Source: the human T2T-CHM13v2.0 reference genome, Homo sapiens
Strand: one strand, 5' to 3'
DNA length: 64,000 nt
NCBI RefSeq assembly: GCF_009914755.1
Contig: NC_060926.1
The first letter of the stretch is position 1. Each line of letters starts with the position of its first letter. The notes beneath the pieces were generated by a model. It had not been told where the DNA came from and did not search any database. It was given only the letters and a program-made list of their open reading frames with translations. A program made the position numbers and the translations under genes. This document shows, one piece after another, positions 22,296 through 32,801 of the stretch.

Positions 22296-22376
22296 TTAGA
22301 ATTCACAATTATTGGTCTGGCACGGTGGCTCACTCCCGTAATCCCAGCACTTTGGGAGGCAGAGGCAGGTGGATCA

Positions 22377-22632
<256 letters not shown>

Positions 22633-22719
22633 TCATTATGCATTTTTGCTCAACAAATAGATAGTGAAAGTGCAGCTACTATGTTTTAGGCAATTGTAGT
22701 TGTCTTTTAATGGGGTCCT

Positions 22720-23640
22720 AAATTAGAAAACAAAGTATTTGCAACTAATATCATAAAAAGAGCTAATTTCTTTTTTTTTTCTTTCTTTTTTTTTTTTTTG
22801 AGATGGAGTCTTGCTCTGTCACTCAGGCTGGAATGCAGTGGCGTGAGCTCAGCTCACTGCAACCTTAATATTATTTTTAATCTTCAAACTAAGAAAGTCA
22901 TTGACAAAACCAGAAAAAGGTATAAATATCTCATTTTTAAAAGCAAGATGAATGACTCCTCAATATATGTAAAGATGCAAAATCTTGCTCAAAATAAAAC
23001 AAAACTACTGGATACCATTTTTCACTTTTCAGCATAGTAAAGATCAAATACTTTGCAGAGTATGCAGAAACACGCTCTCTCCTATATTGCTGGTGGAAGC
23101 ATAAATTGATACAGTACAATCTTTTTGGAGAGTAGTTTGGAATTATCTGTGAAAATTACAAGTGCATATCTCCTTTGACCCAATGATTTAACTCTCAGGA
23201 ATGTATCCTATGGATATACCTGCATAAAAGAAGTAAAATATATATGAACAGGATAATCACTGCAGCGTTTACTACAGACAAGAAACGACATAAATGTATA
23301 GTGACTATGGGCCATCTCTACAGTAGAATACTACGAAGCTGCAGAATCAGGGAGCTCTTGGACTCACATGGAATGATCTACATGACACACTGTTAGTTAA
23401 AAAGCAAGTTTCAGGACTGTGTATTACACTGTATTTCTGGCTTTTGTAAATATATATAATGTACTTACAAATATATAAAATGTCTCTGAAATGACAAACC
23501 AAAAACTAGTAACTTTGGTTACATCTAGGGAAAAGAACTGAATGGCTGGAAGAATGGAGAAAGGCTTAGTTTTGTAGCTTTTAGATTTTGAACCGTTTTT
23601 ATATGATTATTAACCATCTAAAACAAATCAATTTAAAAGG
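22720..23640 (+). mobile_element. Old L1ME-type 3' fragment
   Basis: attgctggtggaagcataaattg...ctttgacccaatgatttaactctcaggaatgtatcct. Confidence 0.7.
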
Positions 23641-23969
23641 ATTATCCTCATACATAAAAAGTTCTAAAATATTGCTTTGGAAGACCTAAGATTTCTTCCA
23701 AACTTTAGATTGTGCACTGTGCCAAAATTTCGGAGGTTCATAAAAGTAAACCATACTCTTATCTTTATTCCTTTCGTACCATTAAGTACTTGATAAATAA
23801 TTGTTCCTTGATTTTTTTGTTGTTTTGTTTTGAGACAGGGTCTCCCTGCTGCCTAGGCTGGAGTGCAGTTGCTGAATCATAGTTCACTGCAGCCTTCAAC
23901 TCCTGGGCTCAGGTGATCCTCCCACCTCAGCCTCTGGAGTAGCTGGGACAACAGGCTGTTTCCTGATAG

Positions 23970-24110
<141 letters not shown>

Positions 24111-25671
24111 TGAGTAGCTGGGATTGCAGTCACCCACCACCACGCTCAGCTAATTTTTGTATTTTTAGTAGAGACGGGGTTTCACCATGTTGGTCTGGCT
24201 GGTCTCGAACTCCTGACCTCAGGTGATCCGCCTGCCTCGGCCTCCCAAAGTGCTGGAATTACAGGCGTGAGCCACCACGCCTGGCCCCAAACAGCATTTT
24301 AAATTATACAATAGAAGATATAGTTCTGGAAGGTTATATTTTGAAATGTTATATAAACAATAGATATTTATGGTGCCTGAATAGCAATTTTTGCGGTAGT
24401 GGAGAAATGACAACTCTGGCAAGTACTAAGAATTATTTCCTAGTATTTCAGCTGGGCACAGTGGCTCACACCTGTAATCCCAATACTTTGGGAGGCCAAG
24501 GTGGTAGGATTGCTTGAAGCCAGGAGTTCACAACAGGCCTGGGCAACATAGTAAGACCCCATATCGAACTCCTGACCTTGTGATCTGCCCACCTCGGCCT
24601 CCCAAAGTGCTGGGATTACAGGCGTGAGCCACCACGCCTGGCCTGTGAGACCCCATGTCTACAAAAAATGTTCTTAATTCACTGGGCGTGGTAGCTCATG
24701 CCTGTGGTCCCAGCTACTCCACAGGCTGAGGTGGGAAAATCACCTGAGTCCAGGAGTTCCAGGCTGCAGTGGGCTTGATCGCACCACTGCACTCCGGCCT
24801 GGGTGACAGAGTGAGATCTCTTCTCAATCAATCAACAAAAATACAAAATAAAAGATGTTTTAATAACAAATAGTATAAGAGAATTTACCTGCCTTCTAGG
24901 ACTTTTTATCTAATCCAACTTAGGAGCCAGGATATGTTTATATGAAAATATAACCATCACGCTAAGAAGGATATCATAGATGCCAAATAAATAGTACAAA
25001 TAAGCAATTCCTTAAGGAGTTCAGGAGGAAACATCACATCCACTAGGGTGATCAGTAAATGCTTCAAGAGAGGAATAGAATCTGAATTGGGCTTGATGAA
25101 TAATCCAATTTCAGCAGGCTAGGCATTGCACAGTAAGGGACATTTGAGTGGCTCAGGAAGAAGTAAGCAGGCCAGGCTGGACAAATGAAGACTGCAAGTG
25201 GCAGAGGATACTGTTAACTCCTGGAAAGTCCACTTCATCAGTCCCTGATGCCTGTGCCCTTCCAATGCCCTGGATTAATTCTGACTCTTCCTGGTATTTT
25301 CCAGAGTTGTCATTTCTCCTCCATTTCTCCACCACCACAAAGCCATCCAAGCTCTCATCCCCTCCCTCTGGGAAGATCTCCAACTCATCTTCCTGTGTAC
25401 AATCTTCCCTCTCTCCAAATCACAGAACACATGTACCACATGTACTACTTTATATGCATAACCCATTTACCCTAAACACAAAACTGGCTAATGGCTAGCC
25501 ACTGCCTGCAAAATAAAATTATTCTCCCTGGAATTCAAGGCCTTCTGTCATCTGCTCTCTATCCACCTCTCACTCCATCACTGGACTCACGCTTCCATAA
25601 ACTTCATATACAAGTTTCTTGCCCACGATGTTCCTTTTATCTTAAAAAATCTCTTTTATTTTGTTCCCAGG

Positions 25672-25930
25672 CAGGGCACATATGGTTGTACAGGTTGCAT
25701 TAACTAGAATTTATATAAATGACACTCCCTGGCCAGGCGCGGTGGCTCACGCCTGTAGTCCTAGCACTTTGGAAGGCCGACACGGGTGGATCACCTGAGG
25801 TCAGGAGTTCGAGACCAGTCTGACCAACATGGAGAAACCCCATCTCTACTAAAAATGCAAAAAATAAAATAAAATAAAATAAATGACACTCCCTGCTAGT
25901 TTGGGCAGTGCACAACCTCTGCAACCTTCC
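25672..25930. mobile_element. MER91-like hAT-Tip100 palindromic MITE containing a left-arm-only Alu
   Basis: atggttgtacaggttgca...cagtgcacaacctctgcaacc ends are inverted; Alu at 25731-25878. Confidence 0.5.
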
Positions 25931-28189
25931 AACCATGGTTTGTTTCCATCCTCCACCACCCTGAAGGCCTTCTCTGAACAACGGAACTCTCAGAGATCAA
26001 TTGTGCCTCTGATTCCTACACCACCAACTTGACACCAACTTTTCTTTACAACAGAAAGTTACAATATTTGGAACACCAGCAGTGCCTTGAACATAACAGA
26101 TATTCAAAAGATGTTTGCAAACTATGATGGAGTAAGTCAAGATCGGCAGGTTGTCATCAAACTGTAAAGAGCCTTGAAGGCCAAGAAAGAAGTTTTGGCT
26201 TTATTTGGCAGATGCAAAATATGGTCAAATAATGAGAATGATGTTTTAGAAAGACTAATTTCAGCAACCACAAGCAAGCAGGGTTTTAACGACTATACTT
26301 AAAGTGACAGGTTAAGGGCCCTCTCTGTTGAAGGGCAGAGGGGAGCTTCCTCTGTAATGAGCAGCATCCTCATTCGGCCATCCTGCAGTTTATCTGTTTG
26401 GGATTGCAGATATTGGTTTTCATATACCTACACTCAGACAGTGAAGCTAAAACTGGGCCATTAAGCTAAGAAAAACATGCTTTTGCCTGAAATATCTAAG
26501 TATCTAGGAAACAGCTCTGACTTGAATAATTATACACATACATAAAATACATATACACAAATAAGCATTACTTTTCTCCCTTCACTTCTTTTGCAGTCTC
26601 CCTCTTTTCCATCTCTGTCTTCCCTTTTTTGTTTCTTGTGTTTCTCTCCCTAAAATTACTATGCATTTCTCTCATTTCTTTACAAATGCTTTACATTAAT
26701 GATCTCCATATGGCCCTTTCCCTCTCCCAAAACACCCTCCCTCCCCCTAAGATTATATTTGAGGTATTTTACTGGTTTTGCTCATATACTGGTTCAGTCA
26801 ACTCCCTCATTATCTGCACTAATAATAATTCAATTCTCCTGTTTCCTTTGCTAATGTAGCTCAAACCTTCACTAACCTTAGAATTCTACAGTTACTGGAG
26901 AATCAAAATTCCAAGTCCATTTTCCTAAAGCCCTCCTTAAAAAAAAAAGGCATTTATGTATTTAGGTAAATAAATTAATTTCATTGTATTGTTGGAGAAC
27001 CAAATAAGTAACTCTTATCTGTAAATTCAAAACTGTTAGAACCTAATTCACTAAACAAAATGAGTTTCCTAATGAATTTCCTTTCAAAGCATGTATCTTC
27101 GATTTCAAGCCAAGAAGAAATAATAGACTCCGTGGCACTAGACAATTTTATTTACTTCTTAGATTTATATAAAAATCCTTACTCCCTACAGGAAAAATAT
27201 TATGTAGAAGTAATCCACTGCAATAGCAAGGCCGCCGTTCCGAACATGTACATGCCTATCAGTAAAACATGACAGGGCACAACCTTAAATTTAAAAAATG
27301 AATGGAAGGAGGATCTTAAGACAGTGTCAAACAGATAAACTATAATATGCAGTTTGGGTTTTGTGCCCCAAAAGGCTGTCTTCTTTGAAAGTCCATCCTT
27401 AGTCTGCTTATTCCTCCCACTGAATATGCTCACTTGTACTAAAAACAGGAAAGTGCTATCACCACTTCAAGGTAAGACAGTCTAAGAAAAGACTGCAATA
27501 TTTTCCCATTCATCCTAGTAAAGTAGAAAAAAAAATTTACCCAAATACTGTTTTCTGGATTTAGGACAGTTTAGATTTTTCTTTGTTCTCAAGGTAATGG
27601 TTTTTTCCCTTCCCATACCATAGACCCTCTGAAAGTCGCAGTGTGAATCTTTGCTACCAAACGGTGGACAAGAGGTTTGCTAACTCCATACTTTGTAGGA
27701 AAAGGGGGAAGAAAAGGGCACAGACATCCATTATTTAGAGTCTATCGATAAATTAACCTGCTTTATAATATAACGATTCCATTACAGCACATAGTATGCC
27801 GGGGGCAGAGTGTATAGAATGTGTGGAGAGTGCACATTTCACCATAACAAGAATCCATCTTTCCAAACACTACCAAAAATTGGCAAATAATTCAAACTGC
27901 GCTTAGTTCAAGGCTTAATTGTTGAACCCTAACAATAAAAGTTCAGAAAAATGTAATTAGCAGGTTGCTCTCTGCGCAAAAGTAAACTACAAAGAGGGGA
28001 CATTTGTCTATCTCTACACGCCCCTCCCCATGCCTGAGGATTTCGCCCTCAAGAGGTGCGTCTAGTGTAAGGGCCAGACCCCGCTGGTGCCCCGGACAAC
28101 GGGGTAGGAGTGGGGACCGACCGGTCCCGTAGTTGGCCGCGCCTGGGGCCTCGCTGGGCCGCGCACCCCGCTGGCTCGGTCGCCCGGAG

Positions 28190-28255
28190 GCGGACAGGAC
28201 GGAGACGGGACGTATGGACGGGACGGACAGACGCGACAGGACGGACGGGACGGGT
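28190..28255. repeat. Degenerate (GGAC)n / (GTCC)n repeat just downstream of the KCNG3 donor
   Basis: cggacaggacggagacgggacgtatggacgggacggacagacgcgacaggacggacgggacggg. Confidence 0.9.
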
Positions 28256-28275
28256 AGAGAAGCAGTGCGTCCTAC

Positions 28276-28940
28276 CCGGAGGGCTCCCTCCCAGGGCCGG
28301 CGGAGTACCTGCTCCGGTCATCCAGGCTGCGGTTGTCGGCGGCTGCGTTGCGCCAGTCGGGCAACGTGCTGGCGCACAGCACCACCATGGACACGATCAC
28401 GAACACCACCGACACGCTAGCCAGGATCTGCGCGGCCAGCGACGACGTGGGCTCCTCGAAGGTCCGCCGCATGCGCTCCAGCCAGCGCCTGGAGGGAGCC
28501 GCCTCGGCCCCGCCGGGGCGCGCCTCGTCGCGGCCCAGCACGCCCGGCTCGTCGGCCGAGTAGAAGGTGTAGGTGTCGGACATGCGGTCGTCGAGGCGGC
28601 GCTGGCAGCAGTACTCGAGGTGCGCGCCCTCCAGGCCCCAGTAGATCATCTCGTTGTAGAAGGAGAGCTCGCACATCCGCGGCGCGAAGCGCAGCTTGCC
28701 GTGGCCGCGCACGTAGAGCAGGATGAAGCCGAAGGCCTCCGAGTGCCGGTCGAAGAAGTACTCGTTGCGCTCGCGGTCGTAGTCGTCGCACACCTCGAGC
28801 ACGTCGCGCTCGGAGCGGCAGCCGTGCAGCCGGCTCACGCGGCGCAGCGGGAAGTCCTTCAGCAGCTCCCGGGACAGCGAATACCGGGCGCCGCCCACGT
28901 TCAGCACCACCGAGGCCGCCCCGCTGCGCCCGAAGGTCAT
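28276..28940 (-). CDS. KCNG3: KCNG3 (Kv6.3/Kv10.1) coding exon 1, long-isoform donor: T1 domain, S1 and S1-S2 linker (221 codons + 2 nt)
   Basis: Translation MTFGRSGAASVVLNVGGARYSLSRELLKDFPLRRVSRL...CDDYDRERNEYFFDRHSEAFGFILLY...WGLEGAHLEYCC...RRTFEEPTSSLAAQILASVSVVFVIVSMVVLCASTLPDW is a Kv T1 domain plus S1, recognised as KCNG3. ATG at 28940-28938 in Kozak context CCAGCCATGA. Donor CGG|GTAGGA with GT at 28275-28274. The ORF-track start at 28997 is a TTG, not the real start. Confidence 0.98.
28309..28940 (-). CDS. KCNG3: KCNG3 exon 1, short-isoform donor (11 aa shorter S1-S2 linker)
   Basis: Internal donor CAG|GTACTC (GT at 28308-28307), same phase 2, 33 nt upstream of the distal donor. Fits the known Kv10.1a/b isoform pair differing by 11 aa. 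Confidence 0.85.
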
Positions 28941-29540
28941 GGCTGGCCGCCCGGGGGACTTTCGGCCCGAGGGCCCCGCTGCAGCCCCCCACCCCAAGCC
29001 GCCACGCGGGGCCTGCCTGCCCGTGGCTGACGGGGGAGCGCGCCGTCGGGGCCCGCGCTCCCTCGGGGCTCCGCTCCTGCCCTCCGCTGGCCCGGGGGTC
29101 CCTGGGCTCGAGTATCTCCGGCGCTGCTAGTAGCGCGCCCTCCGCCCGGCGGTACCTGCGGGTGGCCGGGGAGTCCTCGCCGGCGCCAGCGCTGAGCCCC
29201 ACCGGCTGGGAACGCGGCTGTGTCCGCGCCGCCGACCCTCGCGCCCGAGGGCTGCGCACACCGAGGCCGCGGTGCCCTCTCCCAAGCCGCGGGGCCGACC
29301 CCCTGAGGGCTGCGGGCGCCGAATGGAGCCGCCGGGGCGGAATAGCTCCCCGTCTCCGGCGCTCCCTGCGGCCGCGAATCCGGCGGCCGCCCCGCCGCCG
29401 TCCAGAGGCGAGAGGCAAAGTGAGCGGGTTCGGAGGCGGCGAAGAGCCGGCTCGCGGCGGCGGGGGCGGGGCCTCTGTGCAGTCCTCCTCCTCGCCCGCC
29501 GGCTCCGCGCGCGCCGCTCACCTCCCTCCGCGCCGCCCTC
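28941..29540 (-). other. KCNG3: KCNG3 GC-rich 5' UTR part of exon 1 (TSS approximate)
   Basis: GC-rich and free of minus-strand ATG from 28941 to 29738. The 5' boundary comes from recollection of a ~0.6-kb leader and cannot be read from the sequence. Confidence 0.55.
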
Positions 29541-29999
29541 CGCTTCCCGCCCGCGCCCGCACCTCCCCGGCTTGCTCGGGCTGGGATTCCCGGGCGCCCC
29601 GCCCTGGACCTCGGGCTCCCCGCCTCGTGACGCCGTCCTCCCCCTCCGCTCCGGCCCGTAGTGGCGGGGAGGGGTCCGCAGGGCGGGGGAGCGGGGAGCC
29701 CAGCGCCGGGATGCCTGCTCCCGCGTCCTGCCCTGGGCCATCGGGATGACTTGGGCAGTCCCCAGGGCCCCTTTTAACAGCCCTGGTTCAAAGCCCAGTG
29801 TGGACTCGGGTGCGGGGACAGACGGCGTTTGGAGAGCTTTTTCCAGAAACTGTCCGGAGCCCAGCTCGGGTTCTGACATCGCCCCTAAGGATTTCTCAGG
29901 GAAGGCATCCCAGCCACGGCTTTTCCTGCCGACTTTGCTCTTCCTACCGCCGCGCGGGGCGACCCACGTACCGCGTGCTCAGAGGGCGGCTACACGCCC

Positions 30000-30445
30000 C
30001 ATCCCCCAGCCTCGGTGCCGCCTGCCAGCCCGCGGAGGGAAGCGGTCCCCGACCCGGCCCCGGCCCCCACGCTCTGGGGCGCGAGTCCTGAGAAGGCGCC
30101 TAACGTGTAGCGCGCCTGGACCCTCTCGAGATGCTGCCCTTAGAGTGGGATGAAAGTCTGGGGAGGAACGCCTTGTCACCGGCAAAAACAGCCTTTCTCT
30201 TGGTCTTCGTCTGCATCCTCCTTTTCAAAATATCTTGATTTCCCCCGCGCACCCCTGACCCGGCTGCAGCACCGGCCCTCCGAGCGGGAAGAGCCCCGTG
30301 AAGGCTCCGCAGAGCGATCTACCCCGCGCTCTTGTCCGTGCCCAGAGAGCGGGTTCCACTTGGCAGGGATTATTTTAAACTGCTACCAGCAATTCATTCA
30401 CCTGACACCCGACACCGGCAGCCCAGCCCGCCGGAGGCGAGACAG
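30000..30445 (+). other. MTA3: Candidate plus-strand non-coding first exon (distal MTA3 promoter); 5' end approximate
   Basis: Perfect donor CAG|GTGAGT at 30445/30446 at the island edge. The gene assignment rests on recollection that MTA3 is divergent to KCNG3; no MTA3 coding sequence is in the window. Confidence 0.5.
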
Positions 30446-30601
30446 GTGAGTTGTAAGGCGAACCGTGTTAGATGCAAAACAAATACTAGAAGAAAAAAAT
30501 AAGGGTGGGGTAGGGTGAGATGCGGTCATCTGACCACAGGGTAACCTGGCTGGTTAAAGGGAAGAGTTTTTCATTGCCCTCTACTTTTCGTAATTTTGTA
30601 G

Positions 30602-30693
30602 GATTGTCCGGTGCCCGCTAGAGGTCGCCAAACGGAGTCCTTTTGCGCTGGTTCTTAAGTGGATTCCTAGTGAAAAGGCAGACAACTGAAAAT
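30602..30693 (+). other. MTA3: Candidate 92-nt non-coding exon (MTA3 distal 5' UTR exon)
   Basis: Acceptor tttttcattgccctctacttttcgtaattttgtAG|G ending at 30601 and donor AAT|GTGAGT at 30693/30694. The intron from the 30445 donor is 156 nt. Confidence 0.6.
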
Positions 30694-31989
30694 GTGAGTG
30701 CTGTCTTTAAAGTAAAATCACTCTCGGTGGCTTCTTAAAGAATGAAAATCTCTGTGAGTTGTTTATCCCCAGACTTGGATAATTTATCTTAAGAGCACTA
30801 AATGTGATTAAAAGTTCAAAAACAGGAGTTATTTGCTACTTTAGTATCTACTAAATAGTTTGCTATTCAGTATCTATTTTGCTATTTAGTGTCTACTAGG
30901 TAGATACTGCTACTTTGCTGTTTAGTATCTACTAAGTAGATATTAAACAAGAAAAATATCTGTAAGAAAGTGAGTTTCAAGACAGAATTGGAGGTGCTGA
31001 TGGCCATGAGTTGGCACAGAGAAAGGGCAAAACATTCCTAGTAGCAAAATCTCGAATGTGGAGGTTTAAAGTCTGTGAAGAAGTATAATGCACTTGCCCA
31101 CTGAAACAATGGGGATCTCAACTGCAGCATTTAAATTGGATCCCATAAGCAATGGAATCCCTGGAGGTTTCCATAGCAGAAATGGCTTGATGAAAGCTTT
31201 ATTTCAGAAAGATGCCTTTGCACTTTGGGTCATTCTAAGGAGAAGGTCATTTCGCAACCCAGGAATGGGATCCCCAACCCCGTGTCTGTGAAGATGAAGA
31301 AGGGTCTGTTCTGAGAAACGCTGAGACCAAGAACTTTGCAGGTCTTGAAGATGGATTTGTTGTAGGACGTGAGGATGGGGAAAAGTTTGCAGATGTGAGC
31401 CAGAGATGAGCCTGGCTTGATACCAAGAGCCAATTCATCAGGAAGCCGTTAAAAAATACTTTCTAGAAGCATCACAAGCAACAGAAGACAGAACTATAGT
31501 GCCGATTGTTTGCTCTAACATTATTGTAGGGTTTATTTCCTGTGTTCTCTCCGTAGAATCCTTCTACTGTCTGTTGATTGAACCAGTTGAAGAAATATCT
31601 CATTTTAAATTACATTTGAGCTTAGAAAACAAATTAATTTGATGACAATACAATGTGTGCCTCCTAGGTATATTTTCATGCGATTTCTTAGAGAGATAGG
31701 CTTAAATCATTTCATTTGTTTCAAGAGTAATATTTTTATTTGATTTTAATATCATCAACCACTGCTGCAGCAGCAATACCCAAATCGTTTTCTTAAACAA
31801 AGAAAACAGTGATGCAGAAATGATAGGCTTGTCTCAATATAATCTGGTTTAGAGAGCATTCTTAAAGCCAATTCTATTCTTTGTACTTTGAGAAGATAAT
31901 GTTGAGAAGTATTACATCCAGATTCTCTCCTAGACTCGGGATGGTATTTAGGGTCTTCATATCTAAATCTTTAGAATGCATTACAATTT

Positions 31990-32200
31990 AAAGGTAGAAT
32001 TTTAGAGTTTGAAAGAACCTAGAGGTTTTCTAGTTTCAGAACCTAGGAAAAAAAAAAAAAAAAAAGCAAATTACTCCCATTTTTTCCTCCCCTCCGAAGT
32101 TACAAAGCTTCAGAGATGTGGCTGTAACTAGCCCGAGCATTCCCAGCAGCAGCATCCTGGCAGAGGCTAGAATCAGGTTTTCTCATGTCAAACTCTGCTC
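31990..32200 (-). mobile_element. MIR fragment containing a poly(A) run
   Basis: agaattttagagtttgaaagaacctagagg...ctag matches the MIR 3' end on the minus strand. Confidence 0.55.
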
Positions 32201-32480
32201 ACTCTGTTTCCAGGGCCTGGATTGCTGCCACAACCTTCTACCTCATCTCTTTGCACTCCAGTTCTTTCCTATCTCTATGAATTCTGAATAAGGCCACCAC
32301 AGAGCTCTTCCTTCCATCCATTTTCATCAGGGCATTCCCAAATTCAAAAACCTGAAAGGTGGCTGGGTGTGGTGGCTCACGCCTGTAATCTCAGCACTTT
32401 GGAAGGCCGAGGCAGGCAGATCACCCAAGTTCAGGAGTTCGAGACCAGCTTGGCCAACATGGTGAAACCCGTTTCTACTA

Positions 32481-32801
<321 letters not shown>

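Larger units (their letters stand above)
28020..30660. promoter_or_regulatory. CpG island / bidirectional promoter
   Basis: Very high GC with abundant CpG, in contrast to CpG-depleted flanks. GC boxes GGGGCGGGGC at 29463-29472 and GGGCGG at 29681-29686. TGACG half-CRE near 29628. No TATA box. Confidence 0.95.

Noticed and set aside
28110-29030. 306-aa plus-strand ORF
   Set aside because: Codon-register antisense shadow of the GC3-rich KCNG3 CDS; GTG start; low complexity.
28417-29521. 333-aa and 194-aa alternative-frame minus ORFs
   Set aside because: Non-ATG starts and Arg/Gly/Ala/Pro-rich; expected in a stop-poor CpG island.
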